In this document: positions 41,783 through 51,406 of the stretch, piece by piece
Numbering within the stretch: the stretch's first letter is position 1
Layout: each line of letters begins with the position of its first letter
Source of the DNA: an uncultured Candidatus Rokubacteria bacterium
Lineage (GTDB): Bacteria; Methylomirabilota; Methylomirabilia; Rokubacteriales; CSP1-6
Direction: 5' to 3'
Length of the DNA stretch: 64,000 nt
Assembly: GCA_963762145.1 (NCBI GenBank)
Contig: CAVXJS010000011.1
Coordinates: forward strand, 32,001-96,000
Notes under the pieces: model-generated
Told to the model about the DNA's origin: nothing
The model's database searches: none
The model's input: only the letters and a program-made list of their open reading frames with translations
Translations under genes and position numbers: made by a program

Positions 41783-43032
41783 CGGAGGTTCGACTTCCCC
41801 AGGATGAGAACTGAATGAGTGCCGCCCATCGCGTGTGCATTGATCAACACAGTCCGGACTCGAGAGATACGGGCTTCGTTCGGGACGTAGTCGAGATCGC
41901 ACTCAGGGTCGGGGACTTCGTAGTTGATCGTCGGGGGAAGTATGGAGTGTTCGAGAGTAAGGCAGCTGGCGACCGTCTGGAACGCGCTCGCAGCTCCCAT
42001 TGCATGGCCGATCATGGACTTGATCGAGCTCACCGGGATGGAGTAGGCTCTCTTGCCAAAAACCTGATGGAATGCGCGCGTTTCGATTAGGTCGTAGTCG
42101 GGCAAGGAATTGCCGTGGGCATTTATGTAGTCAATGTCCTCGGGTCTGAGGCTCGCAGCCTCGAGGGCAGAGTTAATTGCCTCGGCGAGCGCAAGCTCCG
42201 CTGCGTTCATCCTATTGCCAAACCCGCCCTCATTTCCGCTTCCGAACCCCAGTACCTCAGCGTAGATATTTGCACCTCGGTCGAGAGCGTGGCCGAGTTC
42301 CTCGAGAATGCAGATCGCTGCTCCTTCTCCGAGTACGAGCCCGTCTCTGCGCCTGTCGTAGGGGCGCGAAGCCTTGAGCGGCGGGTCATCGAACTTGGAT
42401 AGTGCCCCCAGCGCACAAAGAGTCGCAAAGCAGAACTCGGAAATTGGGGCCTCGGTGCTGCCTGCGAAAACTACGTCTGCCTCGTTCTCTCGGATCCGAT
42501 CGGCCGCCCACTGGATTGCGTCGACGCCGGTAGCGCAGGCAGATGCGATGGTCATTCCTTGCCCGCGGATGCCAAGTTCCGACGACACGTGACTAACGGG
42601 AGCATGAGCAGCGAACTCGATCCCGCTCATCGTCGGAATACCCTTCATGCCCTCGCGATCGAAGCCAAGGCGAGCGGTCTCGTACACGTCGCCCGAGCCA
42701 TTCATGGAATTGCCTAGGCAAGCGAAAACCCGCCTGGCCGGCTCAATCCCGAGATCAATACCTGCATCGGCCTGCGCGAGCTTTGCGGCGCCGACAGCAA
42801 ACTGGGAAAATCTGCCGCGATGCTTCGTCCTTCGCACGTGCATGAACGCCTTCGGGTCGAAGTCTCGTATCTCGCCGGCAACCTGGCAGGGGTAGGGCGA
42901 AGCATCGAACGCGGTGATGTAATCGATGGCGGACTTGCCCGCGATCAGGTTCTGCCAGAAGGTTTCCTTGCCGATGCCGTTGGGGGCAACGACACCCAAC
43001 CCCGTAATAACTACTCGCCGGGAGTTCTTCAT
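41779..43032 (-). CDS. fabF: FabF-like beta-ketoacyl-ACP synthase with atypical motifs
   Basis: RRVVITGLG, SACATG (Cys), RPYD.RRDG.VLGEGA, INAHGNS (His) and SIKSMIGHAMG (His). Confidence 0.85.
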   Translation of the reverse strand: MKNSRRVVITGLGVVAPNGIGKETFWQNLIAGKSAIDYITAFDASPYPCQVAGEIRDFDPKAFMHVRRTKHRGRFSQFAVGAAKLAQADAGIDLGIEPARRVFACLGNSMNGSGDVYETARLGFDREGMKGIPTMSGIEFAAHAPVSHVSSELGIRGQGMTIASACATGVDAIQWAADRIRENEADVVFAGSTEAPISEFCFATLCALGALSKFDDPPLKASRPYDRRRDGLVLGEGAAICILEELGHALDRGANIYAEVLGFGSGNEGGFGNRMNAAELALAEAINSALEAASLRPEDIDYINAHGNSLPDYDLIETRAFHQVFGKRAYSIPVSSIKSMIGHAMGAASAFQTVASCLTLEHSILPPTINYEVPDPECDLDYVPNEARISRVRTVLINAHAMGGTHSVLILGKSNLR

Positions 43033-43082
43033 CAGGCCCGTGCCCCCTAAGGGTGCGTGATAAAAGGTGGGATAGAGCCTAT

Positions 43083-43141
43083 AAAGTAGCAGGAAATAAA
43101 TCTAAAACCAAATCCCGTCGTCCGGGTGCGTCGAGTAGAAT
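43083..43141. promoter_or_regulatory. AT-rich divergent promoter region
   Basis: Minus strand TTGGTT(43111-43106)-N17-TACTTT(43088-43083) with a TG extension, pointing to the ketosynthase; plus strand TAGAAT(43136-43141) 8 nt before ATG 43150. Confidence 0.45.
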
Positions 43142-43149
43142 GCCACCAT

Positions 43150-43953
43150 ATGGAGCACTTGCTGAGCCGACGGCAGCTGCTGGTCGCCCTGCCGCTCGGG
43201 CTGTTGTTCGGCCTCCGCCGGGCCCAGGCCTTGGAAGACGGCCGATCCGCCTTCAACTACAAGCTTGATCTATCTGTTCTCTTTAGCTTTTTGACTCTTT
43301 CCGTGACCGGCACCGCGGTTCAGGAGATTGACCGCCGGGCCGGGAAGTATCGGATGACGATGGAGGGGCAGGGCACGGGGATCAGCACCCGCACGGAGGC
43401 CAATGGCATCATCCGGGACGGCCGCTTCAAGCCGGTCGAGACGAAGGCGGTCCACCACTTCAGGAACCGCCAGAACACCTCTATCACCACCTACGACTAC
43501 ACTCGGCAGCGAGCCGAGATCCACGCGGTCAGCCACACACTGCTGCTGGGCCGCCGCCGGCAGATAGACGACGTCTTGGCCATTCCCCCGGAGCGCCACG
43601 TGGACGATCTCATCTCGGCCGCGCTGAACTTTGCCGAGGACTTGCTCGACCGCGAACCGGATGGCACGTACCACACCTGGGTGGTCCGTCGGGCCCGCGC
43701 CGCCAACGAAGGGCCGGACGACGTCTCGCCGGACGGTTACCGTGCCGAGCTGGTCCCGCTGCGCTTCCGCCCGACCCCCGACCCGGCCACCGGGGGTCTC
43801 ACCACGCAGATCGACATCACCCGCTTCTCGTCCTGGGCCCGCCCCGACCAGCCCGCCCGGGTCACGTTCGCGCCGGACCGGCAGCTCTCGTCCGTCCAAT
43901 CGGTCCTGCAGTACGGGACGACCCTCAACGTGCGTGTGACAGGCACCGCGTGA
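43150..43953 (+). CDS. Tat-exported beta-rich protein (DUF3108-like)
   Basis: SRRQLL twin-arginine signal; alternating beta-strand pattern; DDLISA motif. Confidence 0.6.
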   Translation: MEHLLSRRQLLVALPLGLLFGLRRAQALEDGRSAFNYKLDLSVLFSFLTLSVTGTAVQEIDRRAGKYRMTMEGQGTGISTRTEANGIIRDGRFKPVETKAVHHFRNRQNTSITTYDYTRQRAEIHAVSHTLLLGRRRQIDDVLAIPPERHVDDLISAALNFAEDLLDREPDGTYHTWVVRRARAANEGPDDVSPDGYRAELVPLRFRPTPDPATGGLTTQIDITRFSSWARPDQPARVTFAPDRQLSSVQSVLQYGTTLNVRVTGTA

Positions 43954-44930
43954 GCCGGCCCGAGCCGCAGCACGATCTGGTCGGCCTCGGCGAGGTGATG
44001 CTACGGCTCGCCGCCCGCCCGCCCCAGCGTCTCGAGCAGGCCCAGGACCTGGACGTGCAGATCGGCGGCACCGAGGCCAATGTGGCCGCGGCCTGCGCCC
44101 GGCTCGGCCTGCGCACCGCCTTCATCTCGGTGCTGCCGTCCGAGCACGCGTGGGGCGACCGCACGATCCGCGAGCTGTCGGGACACGGGGTGGACTGCCG
44201 TGGCGTGCTCCGCCGCGCGGGCCAGCGCATGGGTCTCTACTTCATCGAGTACGGCATGACGCCGCGGCCGGTCCGCATCCTCTACGATCGGCGCGACTCT
44301 GCGTTCAGTCGCCTCGTGGCGGACGACGTGGACTGGTCGCTGATCCGGAGCGCCCGGCTCGTCCATCTCACCGGGGTGACCGCCGCGCTCGGGGACAACG
44401 TCCGCGACGTCGTGCGGCGCGCGATCGCGGAGGCGGCGGCGGCGGGCGTGCCGGTATCCTTTGACGTGAACTATCGCTCCCGTCTGTGGAGCCCGAAGGA
44501 GGCGCGGGATTTCCTCGGGGAGATCCTGCCGCGTCTCGGGTATCTCTTCATCGGCGGAGACGACGCGGCCACCGTGCTTGAGCTGGAGGGTACGCCCGAG
44601 CAGGTGCTCGCCGGGCTGCGCCGCCTCGCGCCCACGGCCACCATCGCGCTCACGCTGGGGGAGGCCGGGTCCGCGGTGCTCACCGAGCGCGGCGTCCACC
44701 GGCCGTCCAAGCTCTACACGGTCTCGGTGGTGGACCGGGTGGGGGCGGGGGACGCCTTCGCGGCGGGGTTTCTCTGGGCCACGTTGACCGGCCGCGATGC
44801 GCAGCAGGCGGTGGACGCCGGGACTGCCTTGGCCGCGCTCAAGTGCACGATCTGGGGCGACGTGCCCGTGGTGAGCCGGGCCGAGCTCGACGAGCTGCTG
44901 GCCACGGATAGCACCGAGATCCGCCGCTAG
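43950..44930 (+). CDS. PfkB-family sugar kinase (2-keto-3-deoxygluconate kinase-like)
   Basis: GEVMLRL, GGTEANVA, YDRRDSA, FDVNYR..LW and DRVGAGDAFAAG. Confidence 0.9.
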   Translation: MSRPEPQHDLVGLGEVMLRLAARPPQRLEQAQDLDVQIGGTEANVAAACARLGLRTAFISVLPSEHAWGDRTIRELSGHGVDCRGVLRRAGQRMGLYFIEYGMTPRPVRILYDRRDSAFSRLVADDVDWSLIRSARLVHLTGVTAALGDNVRDVVRRAIAEAAAAGVPVSFDVNYRSRLWSPKEARDFLGEILPRLGYLFIGGDDAATVLELEGTPEQVLAGLRRLAPTATIALTLGEAGSAVLTERGVHRPSKLYTVSVVDRVGAGDAFAAGFLWATLTGRDAQQAVDAGTALAALKCTIWGDVPVVSRAELDELLATDSTEIRR

Positions 44931-44939
44931 CGAGGGGCC

Positions 44940-45815
44940 GTGGCGCGCTCCGCCGTCCTCGTCCACAATCCCGGCTCCGGTCAGCGCCGCGATCGCTTCC
45001 ACTCGATCACGCGGATGGTGGATGCCCTCCGCGCGCGCGGCGTCACGGTCACCCCGCAGGTCACCACCGGCCCCGCCGACGCCACCCGGCTCACCGCGGC
45101 CGCATTGCTGGCGCGCACGGACCTGATCATCGTGCACGGCGGCGACGGCACCGTGAACGAGGCGATGCAGGTTGTGGTCGGCACGGCCACCCCGCTCGCG
45201 GTGTGGCCGGGCGGCACGTCCAACGTGCTGGCCCGCGAGCTCGGGCTGCCGGGCGGCATCGAGCTCCTCGCCGACGTGTTCGCGGCAGAGCGGATCCGGC
45301 GGGTGTCGGTGGGCCGGGCGGGGGAGCGCTACTTCCTCCTCATGGCCGGGGTCGGCCTCGATGCCGACGTCGTGCGGGCAATCCACCCGGGGCTCAAGCG
45401 CCTGACGGGCGAAGGGGCTTACTGGATGGCCGGGCTCCGCCAGCTCGCGGACTGGCACCCCGTGCACTTCGTGCTGGAGACCGACGCCGGCCAGCACCGC
45501 GCCACCTTCGCCGTGGTGGCCAACGCGGCGTCCTACGGCGGGGGCCTGCGCTTCGCCCCGGACGCGCGCATGGACGACGACCTGCTCGACATCTGCCTGT
45601 TCGACTCCACCCAGCGCCACCGCTTCGCCCGCTACCTGGCCGCGGCCTTCACGGGCTCGCATCTGGGCATGCCCGGCGTGACGTACCTGAAGGCCCGTCG
45701 CGTGGTGGTGCACGGCGACCCCGGCCGCTTCGTGCAGGTCGACGGCGAGCTGCTCGGCCCGCTGCCCGTCACCTTCGAATGCGTGCCCGACGCCCTATCC
45801 CTGGTGGTGCCGTAG
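44940..45815 (+). CDS. Diacylglycerol kinase (YegS/DAGK) family lipid kinase
   Basis: NPGSG, GGDGTVNE, PGGTSNVLA, GVGLDA, YGGG and QVDGE. Confidence 0.9.
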   Translation: MARSAVLVHNPGSGQRRDRFHSITRMVDALRARGVTVTPQVTTGPADATRLTAAALLARTDLIIVHGGDGTVNEAMQVVVGTATPLAVWPGGTSNVLARELGLPGGIELLADVFAAERIRRVSVGRAGERYFLLMAGVGLDADVVRAIHPGLKRLTGEGAYWMAGLRQLADWHPVHFVLETDAGQHRATFAVVANAASYGGGLRFAPDARMDDDLLDICLFDSTQRHRFARYLAAAFTGSHLGMPGVTYLKARRVVVHGDPGRFVQVDGELLGPLPVTFECVPDALSLVVP

Positions 45816-45849
45816 AAGCGGAGGCTCCAGCGGTGGTATAGTTCGCCTG

Positions 45850-48759
45850 ATGGCGGAGGGAGGGCGGGGCGCCGAGCGGATCCTCGAAGGGCTGAACGCG
45901 CCCCAGGCGGCGGCCGTCACCCACGAGGCCGGGCCGTTGCTCATCATCGCGGGCGCGGGCACCGGCAAGACCACCGTCATCACCCGCCGGATCGCCTACC
46001 TCATCGCGACCCGCGCCGCGCGCCCCTCCGAGATCCTCGCGCTGACCTTCACCGACAAGGCGGCGGCCGAGATGGAAGAGCGCGTCGACACCCTGGTGCC
46101 CTACGGCTACGCCGACGTGCAGATCGCCACCTTCCACGCCTTCGGCGACCGCCTCATCAAGGAGAACGCGCTCGAGCTGGGGCTCACCCCGGAGTTCCGC
46201 GTGCTGACCCGCGCCGAGCAGATCATCTTCCTGCGCGACCACCTCTTCGAGTTCCCGCTCAAGCACTACCGGCCCCTCGGCGACCCCACGCGGCACCTCC
46301 ACGCGATCCTCACCCAGTTCAGCCGCCTGAAGGACGAGGACGTGGGCCCGGACGAGTACCTCGGCGCACGCCGAGGAGCTGCTCGCCGCCGCCGCCGATG
46401 ACGAGGCCCGCCTCGCCGCCGAACAGCACCTCGAGCTCGCGCGCACTTACGCGCAGTACCAGACGCTGATGGCCCGGCTCGGGCAGATCGACTTCGGCGA
46501 CCAGATCGTGGAGGCCCTGCGCCTCTTCCGTACCCGCCCGCACGTCCTGCGGCGCTACCAGAGCCGCTACCGGTACATCCTGGTGGACGAGTTCCAGGAC
46601 ACCAACTACGCGCAGTTCGAGCTGGTCAAGCTGCTGGCGGCCCGGCATCGCAACGTGGCGGTGGTGGGCGACGACGACCAGGCCATCTTCCGCTTCCGCG
46701 GGGCGTCGATGAGCAACATCCTCGACTTCGACCGCACGTATCCGGACGCGCGGCAGGTCGTGCTGCAGGAGAATCGCCGCTCGCCGCAGGCGGTGCTCGA
46801 CGCGGCCTACCGGCTCATCCAGCACAACAACCCCGACCGCCTCGAGGTGGCCCAGAAGATCGACAAGCGGCTCATCTCCACTGTGGGGCACGGCGGAGGC
46901 GCCGCGGCACCTGCCGTTCGACACCGTCTCCACCGAGTCCGACCAGGTGGCCGAGCTGATCCGGGAGGAGCACGCGCGCGGCCGGCCCTATCGCGACATC
47001 GCGGTGCTGGTGCGGGCCAACAACGACGCCGACCACTACCTGCGCGCGCTCAACATGCGGGGGATCCCGTGGACCTTCTCGGGCAACGCGGGGCTCTACG
47101 GCCGGCCCGAGGTGCGCCTGCTCATCGCGTTCCTGCGCAGCGTGGTGTACACCGACGACTCGGTCAGCCTCCACTACCTGGCGTCCTCCGACGTCTACCA
47201 GGTCCCGATCGTGGACCTCACGAACTGCGCGACGTACGCGACCCGGAAGAACCGCCACCTCTTCGACGTGCTGCACGACGCTGCCCGCCGACCTGGCGGT
47301 GAGCGACGAGGGGCGCCTGGCGATCGCCCGGCTGGTGGCCGATCTGAGCCGATACATGGAGCTCGGCCGCGAGCATCCGACCGGCGAGGTGCTCTACCAG
47401 TTCCTCGTCGACTCCGGGCTCATGACCCGCTACGCGAAGGCGCCCGCGGAGCTCGAGCAGGAGGTGCAGAACGTCAGCAAGTTCTTCACCCGGGTCAAGG
47501 ACGCGGCGCGGGTGCTCAAGTACGACAACGTGCGCGAGTTCGTGAGCCACCTGGACGCGCTCATGGACGCGGGCGACGATCCGGCGGTGGCCGAGGCCGA
47601 TACCGAGACGCCCGCGGTGCACGTGCTCACCGTGCACAAGTCCAAGGGCCTCGAGTGGCCGATCGTGTTCATGGTGGACTGCGTGCAGAACAAGTTCCCG
47701 TCCACCCGGCGCTCCGATCCGCTCGAGATGCCGCCCGGGCTGATCAAGGACCTGCTGCCCACCGGGGACTTCCACGAGCAGGAGGAGCGGCGCCTCTTCT
47801 ACGTGGGCATGACCCGCGCCAAGGAGCGCCTCTACCTCACCAGCGCGGAGGACATGGGGGGCAAGCGCAAGTGGAAGGTGAGCCAGTTCGTGGTGGAGGC
47901 GCTCGACCTGCCGAAGGACGCGGCGCGCCCGTTCCGGGCGAAGGCCATCGAGGGGCTGCGGCGCCAGGCGCCCGCCCCGGATCTGGCGGGCCTCGGGCTC
48001 GCCCCGATCCCGGACGACGAGCCGCTCGCGGTGAGCCACCGGCAGGTGGACGACTACGAGACGTGCCCGCTCAAGTACCAGTTCATCCACATCCTGCGCA
48101 TCCCGCTGCGGCAGCACCACGCGGTGGTCTACGGCAACGCGCTCCACCAGGCGGTCGAGTTCTACCTGCGCCGGCGCGCGGCGGGCAACTACACCTCGCT
48201 CGAGGACTTCCTCACCGCCTTCGACAAGGCGTGGCGCAACGAGGGCTTCCTCACGCGCGACCACGAGGAGCAGCGCAAGCGCGCGGGGATCGCGGCGCTG
48301 ACGCGCTTCTATCACGAGGAGGAGGCCTCGGGGCAGAAGCCCACCGACGTGGAGCGGGAATTCGGCTTCACCCTGGGTCTCGACCGGGTGCGCGGGCGCT
48401 TCGACCGGGTGGACGAGACGCCCGACGGTCTCGTGATCGTGGACTACAAGTCGAGCGACGTCACCGACCAGAAGAAGGCCGATCAGCGCGCCCGGGAGAG
48501 CCTCCAGCTCAAGATCTACGCCCTGGCGCAGCACGCGATGACGGGCCGACTGCCCGCCCGCGTGGAGCTGCGCTTCCTCGAATCGGGGCTGATCGGGCGG
48601 CACACGCCGACCGAGCTGGACCTGGCGAAGGCCCGCGAGGCCATCGCGGAGGCGGCGCGCGGCATCCGCCAGCGCGAGTTCGAGGCGACGCCCGAGTACC
48701 AGGCCTGCCGCTATTGCCCCTACAATCAGATCTGCCCGAGCACCGCCACCCAGGAGTGA
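45850..48759 (+). CDS. UvrD/PcrA-like helicase fused to a PD-(D/E)XK nuclease (AdnAB/AddA-like; 3 indels, probably assembly errors)
   Basis: [44 protein letters not shown] and [13 protein letters not shown]; nuclease GRFDRVD, VDYKS, QLKIY; Cys motif C...[11 protein letters not shown]. Confidence 0.9.
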
Positions 48760-48773
48760 ATTCGATATATCCT

Positions 48774-48873
48774 CCCTCACCCTCCCCTCTCCCCGGCGGG
48801 GAGAGGGTGCTCGGAACCCTCGCCCCCGAAGGGGGAGAGGGGAGGGTGAGGGGGAGATGGGTGAGGGGGAGAT
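48774..48873. repeat. REP-like branched palindromic element plus 15-bp tandem duplication
   Basis: Outer arms CCCTCACCCTCC/GGAGGGTGAGGG enclose two hairpins (CCCTCTCCCC-GGC-GGGGAGAGGG and CCCTCGCCCCC-GAA-GGGGGAGAGGG); GGGTGAGGGGGAGAT occurs twice (48844-48858 and 48859-48873). Confidence 0.8.
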
Positions 48874-48888
48874 CTCACGGGGGGGACC

Positions 48889-49689
48889 ATGAAACTCAAC
48901 GCGAACGGCATCGAGATCAACTACGAGATCGAGGGCGAGGGCCCGGTGGTGACGTTCAGCCACTCGCTCGCCTGCAACCTCTCCATGTGGGACGAACAGG
49001 TGCGCGCCCTCAAGAGCCGCTATCGCGTCCTGCGCTACGACACGCGCGGCCACGGGCAGACCGCCGCGCCGACGGGCGCCTACTCGCTCGACCAGCTCGC
49101 GGACGATCTGAAGGGGCTCCTCGACGGCCTCGGCATTCGCGAGACCCACGTCGTGGGGCTCTCGATGGGCGGCATGATCGGCCAGGTCTTCGCGCTGAAG
49201 CGCCCCGCGATGGTCCAGAGCCTCGCGCTCTGCGACACCACGAGCCGGTACGCCCAAGGGGCCGCCGCGATCTGGGAGGAGCGCATCAAGACGGTGGGCG
49301 CCAAGGGCATGGAGCCGATGGTGGCCCCCACGCTCGACCGCTGGTTCACCGCGCCGTTCCGCGCGCGTCGCAAGGATCTGATGGAGCGCGTGGGCGCCAT
49401 GATCCGCGCCACGCCCGCCGCGGGCTACATCGGCTGCTGCCACGCGCTCCCGAAGATCAACGTCACCGAGAAGCTGCGGAACGTGCGCTGCCCGGCGCTG
49501 GTGATCGTCGGCGAGGAGGATCCCGGCACGCCGGTGGAGATGGCGCGCGACATCCACGCGGCGCTGCCCACCGCGGAGCTGGCGGTGCTGTGCCGCGCCT
49601 CGCACCTGTCGAATCTCGAGCAGCCCGAGGAGTTCAATCGGGTGCTCGGAGGCTTCCTCGACAAGCTGAGCGGCCGGACGAAGCTCTAG
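48889..49689 (+). CDS. pcaD: 3-oxoadipate enol-lactonase-like alpha/beta hydrolase
   Basis: SHSL, RYDTRGHG, GLSMGG, RWFT, GYIGCC and SHLSNLEQP. Confidence 0.8.
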   Translation: MKLNANGIEINYEIEGEGPVVTFSHSLACNLSMWDEQVRALKSRYRVLRYDTRGHGQTAAPTGAYSLDQLADDLKGLLDGLGIRETHVVGLSMGGMIGQVFALKRPAMVQSLALCDTTSRYAQGAAAIWEERIKTVGAKGMEPMVAPTLDRWFTAPFRARRKDLMERVGAMIRATPAAGYIGCCHALPKINVTEKLRNVRCPALVIVGEEDPGTPVEMARDIHAALPTAELAVLCRASHLSNLEQPEEFNRVLGGFLDKLSGRTKL

Positions 49690-49704
49690 GGCGCGACCCG
49701 CGTC

Positions 49705-51406
49705 ATGCCCCCGGCCCGTTCCGCGGCGGCGGTCGTCCGGCAGATCCGCCTCTGGACGGGCCTCGTGCTCTTCGCCTATCTGACGACCCACTTCCTCAAC
49801 CACGCCCTCGGGCTCGTGTCGCTCGAGGCCATGGCGGCCGGGCAGGAGTGGTTCGTCCTGGTCTGGCGCAGCCTCCCGGGCACCGTGGCGCTCTACGGCT
49901 CGTTCGCCATCCACAACCTGCTCGCCCTCTGGGCGCTCTACCGCCGGCGCACGCTCCGCATGCCCGCCTGGGAGGCGAGCCAGCTCACGCTGGGCCTGCT
50001 CGTGCCGCCCCTCCTCGTGTGGCACGTGGTGGGCACGAGGCTGGCGCACGAGGTGGCCGGAACGCTGACGAGCTACACGCTCGTGGTGCTCGTGCTCTCG
50101 CAGCTCGATCCGATCGCGGGCCTCCGCCAGGTCGTCGTCCTCATCGTCGCCTGGATCCACGGCTGCATCGGGCTGCACTTCTGGCTGAGGCTCCGGCCCT
50201 GGTATCCGCGCCTCGCGCGAATGCTCTACAGCGGGTTTCTGCTCGTGCCGGTCCTGGCCCTGCTCGGGTTCGCCGCCGCGGGCCAGGAGGTGGCCCGGCG
50301 GGCGCGCGAGCCCGGCTTCGTGCAGACCGTGATCCGCGAGGCCCGACTGCCGAGCCCGGCGCAGCGGGAGGCGCTGGGACGGGTGGCCCGCGCGATCTTC
50401 TGGGGGGATCTCGGCGCGATCGCGCTGGTGCTGGCGGCGCGCGCGGTCCGGGAGCATGTCCGCCGGCGGCAGGGCGTGCGCATCGAGTATCCGGCCGGCC
50501 GCGAGGTGCTCGTCCCCGCCGGGTTCACGCATCCTCGAGGCCAGCCGGTTCGCGGGGATCCCGCACGCCTCGGTCTGCGGCGGACGCGGCCGCTGCTCGA
50601 CGTGCCGGGTGCGCGTGATCCGGGGCGAGGCGCTGCTGCCCGCGGCCACCACGGACGAGCTGCGCGTGCTCGGACGCGTGGGAGCGCCGGCTCACGTGCG
50701 CCTGGCCTGCCAGGTGCGGCCCCGGCGCGATCTCGCGGTGGTGCCGCTCGTGCCCGCGGGGGCGGGGCCGGCCGAGGCCCTCCCGAGCGAGCATCGCGAC
50801 GGCGAGGAGCTGACCATCGCGGTGCTCTTCGCCGACCTGCGCGGGTTCACCCGGCTGGCCGAGCGCAAGCTCCCGTACGACGTCGTCTTCATCCTCAACC
50901 GCTACTTCGAGGCGGTCGGGGGAGCCATCACGGACGCCGGCGGCATCGTCAATCAGTTCACGGGCGACGGCGTCATGGCGCTCTTCGGCGTGGACGGGGC
51001 AGGCCCGGAGGAGGGCTCCCGGCAGGCGGTGCGCGCGGCGGCGGCGATGGTGGCCCGCGTGCAGGAGCTGAGTCGCACCCTCGCCGACGACCTGGACACC
51101 GCGCTGCGCCTCGGGATCGGCATTCACACCGGCCCCACCGTGGTCGGCCAGATGGGCTACGCGTCCACCACCTACCTGACCGCGGTGGGCGACACGGTGC
51201 ACGTCGCGGCCCGTCTGGAGGCCCTGACGAAGGACTACGCGTGCGAGCTGGTGCTCTCCGAGGAGGTCGCGGTGCAGGCGGGGCTCGACGTCTCGGATCA
51301 CGCGCGCCACGAGCTGACGGTGCGCAATCGCGAGGCGCCGCTGGCCATCTTCGTGGCGCCGAGCGCGGGGCGCCTCGCCGAGCGGCTCGCCCGCGTGCCC
51401 GCATGA
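49705..51406 (+). CDS. Membrane (heme-b type) / 2Fe-2S ferredoxin / class III cyclase, CyaC-like (one indel near 50530)
   Basis: TM histidines (THFLNHALG, IHGCIGLH); CGGRGRCSTC...RLACQ; LFADLRGFT, GDGVMALFG and GIGIHTG. Confidence 0.85.

Noticed and set aside
43102-43149. 15-aa minus-strand ORF MVAFYSTHPDDGIWF upstream of the ketosynthase as a peptide pheromone precursor
   Set aside because: No RBS, it overlaps both predicted promoters, and no peptide-processing genes are nearby; likely chance.
37880-43310. Prophage or integrative element explaining the low-GC block
   Set aside because: No integrase, transposase, tRNA or flanking direct repeats seen; the boundary falls inside an intact gene.
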